From Octopus vulgaris (lineage: Eukaryota): 64,000 nucleotides of DNA. Of the stretch, positions 40,055-52,601 are shown piece by piece. The notes beneath the pieces are model-generated. The model made no database searches, was not told the origin of the DNA, and saw only the letters and a list, made by a program, of their open reading frames with translations. The stretch is taken from assembly GCA_951406725.2 (NCBI GenBank), contig OX597825.1:7254001-7318000 (forward strand). Direction: 5' to 3'. Within the stretch, counting starts at the first letter, position 1, and each line of letters opens with the position of its first letter. A program made the translations under genes and the position numbers.

Positions 40055-40644
40055 ACACACGCACACACACACAAGTACGTGCGTGTGTCTTGAGCTTTAA
40101 GTTTATTGACGTATTTTTTAAGGTTAGTATTAAACAGAAATCGACAGCGAAGTGTAGATGTGTGTTACTAGCAGAACCTGAATGTGTGCCAATGGTTATA
40201 TTACAATTAATAAAACTAGGTGAACCAACATCCAACATTTCTTAATGAACCATAACACACTCTTAACAGTTCAATAGGTTTTAGTCCAGTTAATTGTTCA
40301 GTTTCCACTCCTTTCCTTTTAAGTTTGCTTTCTTACTTTCTTTCTTATCTCTTTTGATCTGCTGGCCATTCAAATAATGGTTTCCTACATTAACCCTCAC
40401 CTCTCTATCAAGTATCATTCGTTTTTCTCACTTCTTCCTGTCTCTTTCTCTACATCAATTTCCGTAGAGTCCCCATGTGATATATACCCTCAAACATACG
40501 AGAGTGTCTATGTATAGATTTATAAAACGTATTCATATTAGTGCATTTTCTGGATCTCTCTCTCCCCCACTCTGCGTGTGTGTATGTATATATATATATA
40601 TATATATGTATAATCAAAATAAGCAACAACGATATCCAAGGTAG

Positions 40645-40732
40645 TGTAGTACAATCGTTTCATGCTACTTCATTTAATTAAATAATGTAAGTATCACATC
40701 AGTTTTAAAATGTAGAGCACTCTTCAGCCACA
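40645..40732 (-). ncRNA. Type I hammerhead ribozyme motif with long stem II loop
   Basis: Minus strand UGUGG-CUGAAGA-GUGCU...AGCAU-GAAA-CGAUUG-UA-CUACA. Stem I UGUGG/CUACA, stem II GUGCU/AGCAU, near-palindromic stem III ACGAUUGU, GUA cleavage triplet. Confidence 0.65.
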
Positions 40733-41324
40733 TATAGAATTATTCCATTTGCCAACATTACAAAGAGAGTAGATATATAGACAGAGAGGTTAATTTCATC
40801 ATAAAGAACTTATATATATATATATAATTATTAAAGTGGCTAGACGCAATTTAAAACCAAAATGCACAGATACAACGGTCACTAAAAGTGACTAAAGATG
40901 CAAGTCAGCACCACCATTGCTTTGAAATAAGAGTCGAAATAACTCTTAGCCACGAAATTCTTTTGTAAGAGCACTCGGCAAACACCAGTCTTTAAGTTTG
41001 GCACATATTGTCATACGAATCTCTCGGCCCTCATATCATTATATAGCTTCCCAGCGACATAGTTATATCAGACACTGAACAGTCTTATTACACAACTACA
41101 TAGGCTGTATAAACTGGAGTATTTCCTTCTGCCTAAAGGTTTCGTGTAATTGACAGGTTTGGATTATTATTTTTTTTTTCTGAAGTGCTGAACTGTACTG
41201 GGTCAGAAATGAACGCATACACAAACGGATCACTAGCACTTCACTTAAGGTTTTATTTGCATATTGTATATATGTGTATGTGAAACTTTAAGTCAGGTAC
41301 TAAAGCATCACCGACTATTTGCTG

Positions 41325-41360
<36 letters not shown>

Positions 41361-41467
41361 TATATATATAGTTAATCCAAACATGAACAAAGAGAAAACA
41401 CAACAACACAAAGACGTGGAACAAGTATAGTGTTATTCGACGCTCAGGAAAGGAAAGAAAGAAGGAG

Positions 41468-41505
41468 GATTTAACGTTTCGAGCGGAGCTCTTCGTCAGA
41501 AACAT
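41468..41505 (-). ncRNA. Minimal type I hammerhead ribozyme motif (Penelope/retrozyme type)
   Basis: Minus strand GUUU-CUGACGA-A-GAGC-UCC-GCUC-GAAA-CGUU-AAAU. Intact core, GAGC/GCUC stem II, loopless palindromic stem III (ACGU), short stem I. Confidence 0.65.
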
Positions 41506-41657
41506 AGAAAAAGGAAAGGTCCAAGGAAGGGAAGACGGAGAAAGAAAATTGCCAACGATACACACGCGGCCACATATATATATGTGTGCGTATGTGTGTG
41601 TGTTGCGTGCGTATGTACATACATACGCACATATATATATTTTATCTTCTACGTGCA

Positions 41658-41848
41658 TCAGTCATTCGACTACGGCCATGCTGGGGCACAGCCTTAATGA
41701 ATTTTAGTCGAACGAATCCACACCAATTCTTAATCTTTTAAAGCCTGGTACTTATTCTATTAGTCTCTTTTTGTTGAACCGCTAGGTTACAAGAATGTGA
41801 ATACATCCACACCGGTTGTTAAGCGATGTTGGTGGGGGACAGCCCCCC

Positions 41849-41910
<62 letters not shown>

Positions 41911-42011
41911 GACGGGTTTCTTTCAGTTTCCGTCTACCAATTCCACTCACAAGGCTTTGGTTGGCCCGAGGCTATAGTAGAAGACACTCGCCTAAGGTCA
42001 AGGTACCACGC
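41658..42011 (-). mobile_element. SINE family A, head-truncated
   Basis: CTTTCAGTTTCCGTCTACCAATTCCACTCACAAGGCTTTGG...GGCTATAGTAGAAGACAC. Confidence 0.85.
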
Positions 42012-42187
42012 ATAATTATATATTGTTAGCCGTGCGTTCTCCCAATTTATTTCTTTTTCACTTTTCAGTTCTTTTCCTATTTATACTTGTGTGATTTCCT
42101 TTTTGTTGATTTTCTTTCTCTCATTCTGTATTCATATTTCTTACTATTCACGCCCAAATCTTACGCACTCATACATACATACATACA

Positions 42188-42218
<31 letters not shown>

Positions 42219-44563
42219 GTACACATACATACATACATACATATGTACACATACATACATACATACATATGTACACATACATACATATGTACACATACAT
42301 GCATATATACACATACATACATACATACATACATACATACATCACACATCGCTATTTAAAATAATTTTTAATTAGAATATTGTACATCGAGTGATGATAT
42401 TTAATTAAATGATGAAATATTTGTAAACTTAAATCTCATCAAAATTAGTAAAATTACCTTTATAATAATCATCCATTTGTTTGCCGTCATAACAGAGTGT
42501 GTGAGAAATAATTTTCTCAAAGGTCGATGTTTAATTTCTGAAACGTTTAGAGCTTTAGTTTGACTCCATCACTAATGCTTCAAAATTACGTCAATAGTAT
42601 TTGTTATTATGCCTGCATAGAGAAAGCAGCTCACCCCTAGTATAGCATTTCAAAGTTGTCTCTGATAAAATGATAACCTACTACAAAGAATATCTGTGAA
42701 TCTTTGCTCGGTATGTTATTACTGTCTTTGAGAAACCAATGTCGCACTTTCCACTGTTGATCGTTAAAGTTATCTTAAACATCTAAAATTTTTATGTGTA
42801 TGTTCTGAATCTTTTGATATCAAAGAACCTTGGCTAATGTGATGATGGACTGTCGAGGATAACAAGAAGAAAATACTTAATCAAATTTTTGTCTTTCTTT
42901 TTTGATTTTTGCAGTCTAGTGACTTCAATAAAAATAATGAAAGTAATAATATTAGCAATAATAATTCTTTTAAATTTTAGCTCAATAGTAAACGTAAAAA
43001 GATTAGTAATAATAATTCTTTCGAATTTTAGCTCAATGACAGAAATATTAACGGTAGGATCTAGTCAATTACATCGACCCCCAGTATTTGAATGCTGCTT
43101 TATTTTAACAACCCCGAAAGGATGAAAGGCGAAGTTGAACTTTGAAAAAAGATGGAAAAAATTCCACTGAGCACGTTTGCCAGTTCAGCCTTAAAGGCTC
43201 AAAGTGATACAGAGAAATACAAAGAAACGTTAAACAGTGGTTTACAAAGACGTGGGAGGTGAGGTAGATGTGTTACACAAATTGAAGGGGTGTGGAAGAC
43301 GTCATGCAATCTATAATTGGACGAATTTAAAAATATATAAAAATATAAATATTTACACGAAATAGAATAAATACTGGAAACGCAAAGTAATGAAAGTAAA
43401 ATATTTATATAAAAATTATATCTCCCTTTACATTGATAAGGGTACCCACCACATTTCGGATTTAACTTACGATTTATTTCGGAATTGTTTAATGCCAGAG
43501 AGTAGGAAATCTTCCATGAGAAGAAGATTTTGTACTGTAGGGGACAAGTGGGGGAACCCTATCTTCTCGATCGTTGAATCAACACTTTGTAAAATCTGTT
43601 TGAAGATTAAACAAACATTCACCCTTTTTAACTGTTTAAAATGCGATCCGATTTCATTCTCGATCCGCATTTTCGTTCAGAGATGCTTCGTGTATATTGT
43701 TTAAGACTCTTGTTAGAGATTTGTTTTTTTTTTTGTGAACGGCTGTGAATTTTCATTCAAAAATGGAGCTGGCCCCCACCTTAGAAACGCTAGATATTTC
43801 TTCTTTTTTTAGAATAGACGAAATTGGAAACTGTACTGTTTGTACCTTCCTTAATGAGGCAGTTGGTAATGAAATAGTTCCAAATGAATTTGGGACTGAA
43901 TGCACCATGAAATCATCACCTGATATTCTTATTGTAGAACAGTTCCATAACTTTAATTACTTGCTCCATCAAATATAGATAAAAACGTCAGAATTTTTTT
44001 CTCGTTTCCTCTCACTTTTCATTGGAAACGTTAAAACTGCACATTGTGTGTAAAATAATATCACCGAGTAAAGAAATATCAATTAAATTAAGTTAAATAG
44101 GCGTAAATCAAATACAATACTCTATCACCGAAGATTACCATTGACACATTAATGTTAACTAGAGATTTTTTATGCGGTGGTGTATGTGTGTGAATGGAGA
44201 GAGAAGGAGAGAGAGGGAGAGAGATTTAATATCTCTTCTCGATAAAATAAGTTTTAATGAAGTTTCAGTCACTTAATGTGTTAATTTCGACAAGAAGAGA
44301 CACAAGTTCGAATTGCAGAGGAGGTTTGTCTTGATGTATGCAAATTTGCGGGACTATCTGTATGTATCTATTGCACGTGTTTGTGACTCTGTTTGTCAAT
44401 GTGCTTTTGTGAATGGGGATATATTTGTCGGAAGACATGAAAGAACGTAATTTCACCTGACACATGTAGTCGACTACATATATGTGTGTATGTATATACT
44501 GTGTATATATACATATGAAACGACCCTCGACGTTTGTTTTCGTTTGGCTTCCTTGTAAGGCTC

Positions 44564-44825
44564 CACTGGGGCTGATGTAATCGACTTAATCCGTTTGTCT
44601 GTCCTTGTTTATCCCCTCTGTGTTTAGCCCCTTGCGGGTAGCAAAGAAATAGGAATTTTGTCTGTCTTTACGTTCTGAGTTCAAAATCCACTAAGGTAGA
44701 CTTTACCTTTCATCCTTTCGGGGTCGATAAATTAAGTACCAGTTACGCACTGGGGTCGATCTAATCTTTGTCTGTCCTTGTTTGTCCCCTCTATGTTTAG
44801 TCCCTTGTGGGCAATATAGAAATAA
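44564..44825 (+). mobile_element. Head-less tandem of SINE family B
   Basis: Tail...AAAGAAATAGG is joined directly to the internal ATTTTGTCTG segment, followed by the core and a second tail. Confidence 0.85.
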
Positions 44826-44933
44826 ATGGTTAGACATCTAGTATTTGAGAAAAAGTAGTGACTCCCAACTTCTTTATTTGATGTCTTAAGAGCGGGCTCA
44901 GTTCTTTTTATTATGATTAATCCGAGTCACATA

Positions 44934-44973
<40 letters not shown>

Positions 44974-45176
44974 GAAAAGATCCGTGACTCTTCAGCAATG
45001 GTTATTCTACCCCTCTGAGGAACTGAAATACTTTGTTCCTTGAGTTATATAATGTGAATGACAAACCATTCTGCAGAAACGTGAGCCTTTAATGGAAACC
45101 TTTACGCAAAAATGGAATTAACATTGTAACAGCATTGAAGAGGACTCGAAACTGTATTGCGAATTACTCCTGTCAA

Positions 45177-45216
<40 letters not shown>

Positions 45217-46970
45217 TTTGACCTATGTTAGTCGTTTTCTTACTCAATATAACAACAACAGGGATAAAATTAACATTATTAACAAGAACAACAAGCATAT
45301 TTTCTATTTGTTGTATATCAAATGAGTGTGTATGTATGCGTGTGTGTATGTATGTGTGTATATATGTGTGTGTGTGTGTGTTCGTGTGAATTCTTTTCGA
45401 CCGGAACATTTATCCAAAGTTGCAAGATTCTCCAAATGCAATACTCTTCAATAAATGACCACAATAATACTATAATTACTAGTTCTAAAATGAGCATCAA
45501 ACACAGATTCTGTTAATACTGACAAATATAACAATTATCTGTAATTGTACGGCCGAGATAGCACTTGCAAACAGCAAATTGGATTATTTTGGCTTCGTCT
45601 ACAATCATTTGAACTACTGTGATACTGCAATTAAACGAAGAAAATTTAATCTATTTTACACATGAAAATAGAGTTTACGTAGCAACAGCTTAAACACAGC
45701 CACCGCCACATTTCTGATGCTTTACATAAATTAAACGAAATAACGAAGGATCTACACACATACACATACATACACACACAGAGGCATGTGTATAAACATG
45801 CATACAGCTTTATACATGTATGTGTGCATAAACCACATACATGAGGCTGCAGTCGGCAGGAAAGTTACGCCTCTTGGGCCCGTTTCAAGTTCAGTAGCAA
45901 TCAACCATTCATAAAATTATGTCTGCACGTACGTCCGTTTATAAACGGCGATTCGGGGTTTTAAACTGACATGTTGCCTCTGCTCATCTCTTCAGATTTA
46001 TTGAGCAAGAGGAAAAAGATAGTGTAGCGTCCATATATAGATATATATTTTAGATATTCTCAAGGATATTGAACGACATAGATAAACAGAATCTGTCGAA
46101 AACAAATCTCTTCAGTTCGGCTTTATAACGCTGGCCAAGATGGAGATTCAGTCGGATGCTTACGCGTATGATAAATATCTTTCATGGAAGTAGTCCACCA
46201 GGAGACGTGTACATTTGTAAAAGGGGCTTATGGAGATATTCAGCCCAGCATAGTAATTGACTGGTTAATATCTTATTAAAATATTCAATGGAATTTATTA
46301 CACCACACATTTCTTTCTTTCTTTGACAACGGAGTAAAAACTATATTTAATTCTTGAAAGAATTTGAACATAGAAAGTAGGGCAGGTGTAGTTAAATACT
46401 GAAAGATTGATGCTCCATTATTTCGACCCCTAAAAACTGGAATCATTTTGGTTCCATCTCAAATGTTCTTGGGGAAAATGGACGACCACCACGATATCTT
46501 ATTTCCATGTCTCTGAAAATATCATTTAATCTCTCACTGATCAGTTATTAGCAGAACAAGCTAATCATAATATAAGCCTGAGAATAATTTCCTGCTTCCC
46601 TCCCCACTGGTCTCAGAGGAACGGCCCTTGCACCTCCGATTCATGAAAAACAAACAAAAATGTACCTTGACAGGCATACATCAACACGTTTACTATTTTA
46701 GTCTTTTGGGACAGCTTCATCGTTGAAAATCAGGGAATATACAGAGGAATTAACGAAGTCTGAGAAATTGCAGTATCTGAATATTTTAAAGTTTTTGGTA
46801 TCAGAGACCGAAACATGGAAAAGGAAAATCGGTCCTTCTACCAAGACACAGAACTATCATTTATAGGTAATATTTATCGCTGTTTAAACGTAGATGTTCT
46901 GTTAGAACAAATTATACTGTTGTAGTTACCATGAGAGAAACTCTCATATTGGCATCTGGTGCAAAATGCA

Positions 46971-47107
46971 CACTGGTTTATATCGCTAGCGGGGATATAA
47001 TCAGATCATGTAATTTCGACCTTCCTCGGTCTTGTCAATGATGGACGGTCGACCGCTAGAGATAGCAGTGTCTCATCTCCCTACCAGCGATATTTAGAAA
47101 ACCAGTG
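46971..47107. mobile_element. Small fold-back / MITE-like element
   Basis: CACTGGTTT..ATATCGCT.G..GGGA at the left matches the reverse complement of TCCCTACCAGCGATAT...AAACCAGTG at the right. No clear TSD. Confidence 0.4.
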
Positions 47108-47918
47108 CCAGAACAGGCGCTGGTGTCACGATTAACCAGTGAGCTTGTTAAATACATATAAGCGACAGAGACAATATTAATTCCGTGTGGTAATATTTAT
47201 CCACACTCAAACGTGTTATCTTTTGTTGATTTAACCCACGCCATTACATTGATGGCATTCATTTACACTGTCCCACCAACTAAGGTCTACTTGATATCAA
47301 TTTATTCCACGTAAGATTTAGACAAGAGACCGCAGTGATTAGGCATGTAGGTTATAAACGAGACCATTGTTGTGGAACTTGAGTCTTTGAGTTCGGTTTC
47401 TGCTACTTGTTTGCATTCGATTTCTGTTTATTACAATTAGACCTGGTACGATAAACACTTGATTGCTTTCCCGCCACGACGTGGAATGAAAAATAAAAAG
47501 ACGTTGTAAGCGAAACGTGCCAAACGCTCCTGCAATCATCAAACAAATAAATATAATTACTGTTATATTAATGCTATGAGCAAAACACAACAGAGGTGTG
47601 TGTGTGTGTGTGTATGTATGAATGTATGTATGTATGTATGTATGTACATATAGATATATATATATGTCTCTCTTTCTCTCTCTCTCTCTCTATATATATA
47701 TGTATATATATGTATATATGTATATGTATATGTATATATATGTATATGTATATATATGTATATGTATATATATGTATATATATATATATGTATATATATG
47801 TATATATGTGTATATATGTATATATATGTATATATGTGTATATATATATATGTATATATATATGTATATATATATGTATATGTATATATATGTGTATATA
47901 TGTATATGTATATATGTA

Positions 47919-47989
<71 letters not shown>

Positions 47990-48364
47990 ATATATATATA
48001 TATATATATATTGCATGTATGTCGTTTGCGTTTGGAATTATCAACATTTAGGTATATGTGAACTTCTATTGATATACGTATATATATATGTTTGATTTGT
48101 TTGTCTGTAGAACTTCAAATAAGAGGTGTTCACCTTCGAACAACCAACTGAAGTGAAATTTAACTGTTCACCTTTGGCTATGTTTTACAGACATCGTAAT
48201 ATAATAAAGTTAATGTATGAGACGAGAGAGCATCAAGGAAAGCTAAACCTTCTATAAACGGATTATCGTACACATAAGAAATAAGATTCGTCTGAGAGCA
48301 CTGGAGCGGAGTATGTTTATTCTCTCCACCTCTGTGTGTGTGTGGAGAGAGAGAGAGAGAGAGA

Positions 48365-48409
<45 letters not shown>

Positions 48410-48799
48410 GTCTTTCTTTGTTTATCTATCTGACCCTGCTTATGAGAAGTTTTAGAAGAAATCAAGTCTGTATATTTTATGTCTATGTCAAAAATATGTG
48501 TTTCGTATGAACCTACATGCCTATAGATACAGATGCACACACTGTCACTCATACACATACATGCCATACACGCATACGTACGTACATACATACATACATA
48601 CATACATACATACATACATACATACATACATACATACATACATACATACATACATACGTACGTACGTACAAGCTTCTGCAAAATTGAACCTCGAATGATT
48701 AGTTAGAAAGTCGAAACTTCTGTCTTATGATATTATTACATTTGATAACAGAGACGAGAGACAATTGCCGTTGGTGTGTAATAAGGCTATGTTTGATAA

Positions 48800-49181
48800 C
48801 TAGCACAATGACCCGGCAACGTCGGGTCATAGTGCTAGTGCATGCATATACAGCTGCGTGCGTGCGCACATACACGCGGCTACTGTCCAAAATCTCCGAC
48901 CAATCACATACAGCTAGCTGGCCTTCAATTGGCGTATCAAGTTTCGGGCATTTTGATTGGGTTTTGGATAGAAAATTCACAAAAAAAGTCACTTCAATTG
49001 ATCTTTTAATGGCTTTGCGGGGTGACTGGGTAAATGTAAAGATGTGCACGACCACCCTTGGACAGTTTTGAATGACCATAGAAAGTGCGAGCCCTCTAAC
49101 TGAAAAATTGTGGATTTGTATAAAGGACATGCACGCACACACACACACAGACAGACATTTTGCCGTTTATATATATAGAGA
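48800..49181 (-). mobile_element. Non-autonomous Helitron-like element
   Basis: Minus strand starts A|TCTCTATATATATAAAC and ends with a GC-rich hairpin and CTAG|T. The 5' motif is the same as in 61891-62283. Confidence 0.75.
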
Positions 49182-49845
49182 TTACATTTGATAACAGAGA
49201 CGAGAGACAATTGCCGTTGGTGCGTAATAATGCTATGTTTGATAATATTTTGCCATTCATCTGTGACGTTGGTTTGTGATCGGCGGCGATATTTAAAAAC
49301 AGAGAGGTTAACTTTTACGCCCGAAACATGCAGAACGTCTCTGCGGACTTATAAGGAAAAGAATAGAAAAACTCTTGAGTTCGATTCGTTTTAGGGCCTC
49401 TTATTGCAGCTGGAAGCTATTTGTCTGTAGATAATTTTCACCTGTCATAGAGATTATTCCTGTAATAACCGTCGACTCTCTTTTGTAATTTACACGAAAC
49501 ATTTTCTCTCTTGTTTTTTTTTTGTATTCTTTGTTGGTTTGACAATTCATTATTTCTTGATTTCCAAGCACAACACGCTTAGAACAACTTGTCGATTAGT
49601 ATTATAAACAAACACTGCTGAAGACAATTCTTTTTCTCATTTATTATTCAACATGTTAAACATCACACGCACACACACACACACAAGCACACACAGAGAC
49701 ACACGCACTCAAAGACACACACACACACACGTTATGTTTATTGGTCGAATCGAACTTCAAAAGATATTACAAATATTAGTAGAAAGAATAACAACACCTC
49801 TCGAACGGCTGGATTACTTTGAATATTCCAAGCTACGAAGAACTG

Positions 49846-49879
49846 ACTCTCTCTCTCCCTCGCACACACTCGCACACAT

Positions 49880-49946
<67 letters not shown>

Positions 49947-50236
49947 CTCTCTCTCTACCTCGCGCGCGCACACACACACTCTCTCTCCCTCGCACGCACA
50001 CACACACACTCTCTCTCTCCCTCGCACATACACACACACACACTCTCTCTCTCTTTCCCTCGCACACACACACACGCACACTGTCTCTCTCTTTCCCTCG
50101 CACACACACACACGCACACTGTCTCTCTCTTTCCCGCGCACACGCACACACACACACACACACTCTCTCTCTTTCCCGCACACACACACACACACACACA
50201 CTCTCTCTCTCTCTCGCGCACACACACACACACACA
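49846..50236. repeat. Higher-order minisatellite of (CT)n-CG-(CA)n units
   Basis: Repeated CTCTCT(TT)CCC(T/G)CGCACACACA units. Confidence 0.85.
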
Positions 50237-50383
50237 TTTTAAATGACAGAATGTATTGTAACCTTTATTCAACACGACGACCGTTTCGACTTACAATTAC
50301 ACTGCTCTCAAGTGGATGGAGGACGATATAACAGAATCGAACGCACCTCGCAGTGCAGAAGAAACCTCATCAATAGCATTTTA

Positions 50384-50620
50384 AGGGTCCATGGAAAGAT
50401 TTGATTTAAATGTATTTATTGCAAGAAGCAGCTGGGTATCTTCCTCCATTATTTTACATCAGTTTAATCTGTACAATTGAATGTGTGGATAACAATATAG
50501 GAATTTCGAAAGAAATAAGCGTAAAATTAATTTTCAATCATCGAATGGTTAAACGGGAACACAAGAATAAAATTATAAACAAAGGGGTCCATAGATAAAA
50601 AAAATGGTTGAGAACCACTA
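50384..50620 (+). mobile_element. hAT-like MITE, right part
   Basis: AAAGGGGTCCATAGATAAAAAAAATGGTTGAGAACCACT resembles the right end of 30688-31027. Confidence 0.6.
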
Positions 50621-50793
50621 CTTTGGCATCTAACCCTATTCCTAACCCAGGTCAGGTCACTTCACAGAATACAATTTGGATACTACGATTGACTGCTCGC
50701 TAAAGTAGCAGACACACACACACATACACACACAGACACACACACATACACACACAGACACACACACATACACACACAGACAGACAGACACAG

Positions 50794-50834
<41 letters not shown>

Positions 50835-52601
50835 TTTATTGTTGAGTGAGCAAAACTTTGTTCAAATGCTTTTCAGATAAGACCATGATGTGTTTTTAAA
50901 GGTACATCATTCAGTGTGACCGTCTTTGTGCAAGACGATAGGGTACGGCGTGGAGGCGATATGACTGCCATTTCTAGCTGGTCGAACGATCACGAACCCT
51001 CGTTGCGTGTGTATGAAACAAAAAGTAAAATTAATATAACTTATTATATAACATATTGTGGACGAAATACTCAATGGTATTTCGCCCATCGCTGCGACCT
51101 GATTTCAAATTCCGCCGAGTTCGACTTTGCTTTTCCTCTTTTCGAGGTCGATAAAATAAGTGCCAGTTGAATAATAGGGTCTATGTAATCGACCAAAATT
51201 CCTGCCCTTGTGGCAAAATTTGAAGCCATTATATCACATATTGTTTGATAATACAGTTTCTCGGATCGTGTCCATTAAATATGTGGACGGATGGGAATGA
51301 AGTTTTATCTTCAAATTAATGTGTGAGGTTTTGTATGTGTGTGTGAGAGAGAGAGAGAGGGTGTGTGTGTGTGTGTGTGAGTGAGAGGGGAGAGAGAGCG
51401 TGGGAGGAAGGAGAGAGAGAGAGAGAGAGAGAGATGAGGGTGAGAAAGAATCTGTGTTAGTTTTACGATCGTGCTTTCGGTACAAATCAACTATAAAAAT
51501 TTCATTGTTTTCCTATGTACATTAGCGAAGTAATTAAAAACGCGTAGGAAAAATCGAAAATCGAAACCCGGATCACACTTTCTACAAGCTCTTGACTTAT
51601 CTCAACATTACAGCACTCAAGACAATATATATACATATACATGCACACACACGCACAGATACTTTGTGTGTGTATGTAGTTGTATGTGTGTGTGTGCATG
51701 TATGTAAATAGACCTCTGTGTAATCACATCTGTTTATTGGAAATAAGAAGAAAAAAAGTGCGCTGTTTAGCAGAAATCTCATTTACGTCAAAGGATTTCG
51801 GCGTTGACATTTCCCAGTAAATGTCTCGAGGTACAAATCTCAGGTCACTACAGAAATAGGTCACTGCTTTGGAAGCCTAGAATCAACTAATACAACGGGG
51901 CTTCTTCTTCTCTTCTTCTTCTTCCCCTCTTTCCTTTTGTTGATTTGGTGTGAGAAAACGTAATAGGGTATCGGTGTCGAAACATTTAAAGTCATTAAGT
52001 TCTATATATCTCATTATATATATATCATTACTAATGCTTCTGTGCATGTCGACCAAAATTACTGAATTCTCATTGGTTTAGTGGTATCAGGTGTAAATAG
52101 CTGCTATGAGAAGAAAGAGTGCGGTGAGTAATGGACGGGTCTAACGCATAACTGTTTTAGCTTGCGGTTGTTGCCTTTACTAGAATCAAAACGTCTAATG
52201 AGACGAGTATTCATTCGTAGCAACCATTTACAGCGTTTTTCAGGCCATGGTACACTGAATAAGCAGCATTATTTCTAAGTATCAGCTGTTTAAAAGTGTT
52301 ATGTAAAACGGCAGTATCAAAATTTGTTTGAAACAGACACGTCCGTACTTATTGCACCTTATCACCCTACACGAGAAAACACTTGTACAGACGTGGAACC
52401 GTCGATATTCCAAATATTTTGGCATTTTTCGATTCACTTTAAAATCTCCCGGAACACATGGGACCCATACAAAGCACACAACTGTATCGTAACTCAATGT
52501 TTGTTTGAAATCATCTATATCGATTGAGAAGTTCTTGTGGGGCTTTATAGTTTGCAAAAAATCATAACCCACAGCATACATTGTTGGATGCTCCCTTTAA
52601 A

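Noticed and set aside
50630-50648. Interstitial telomeric (TAACCC) repeat
   Set aside because: Only two non-adjacent units are present.
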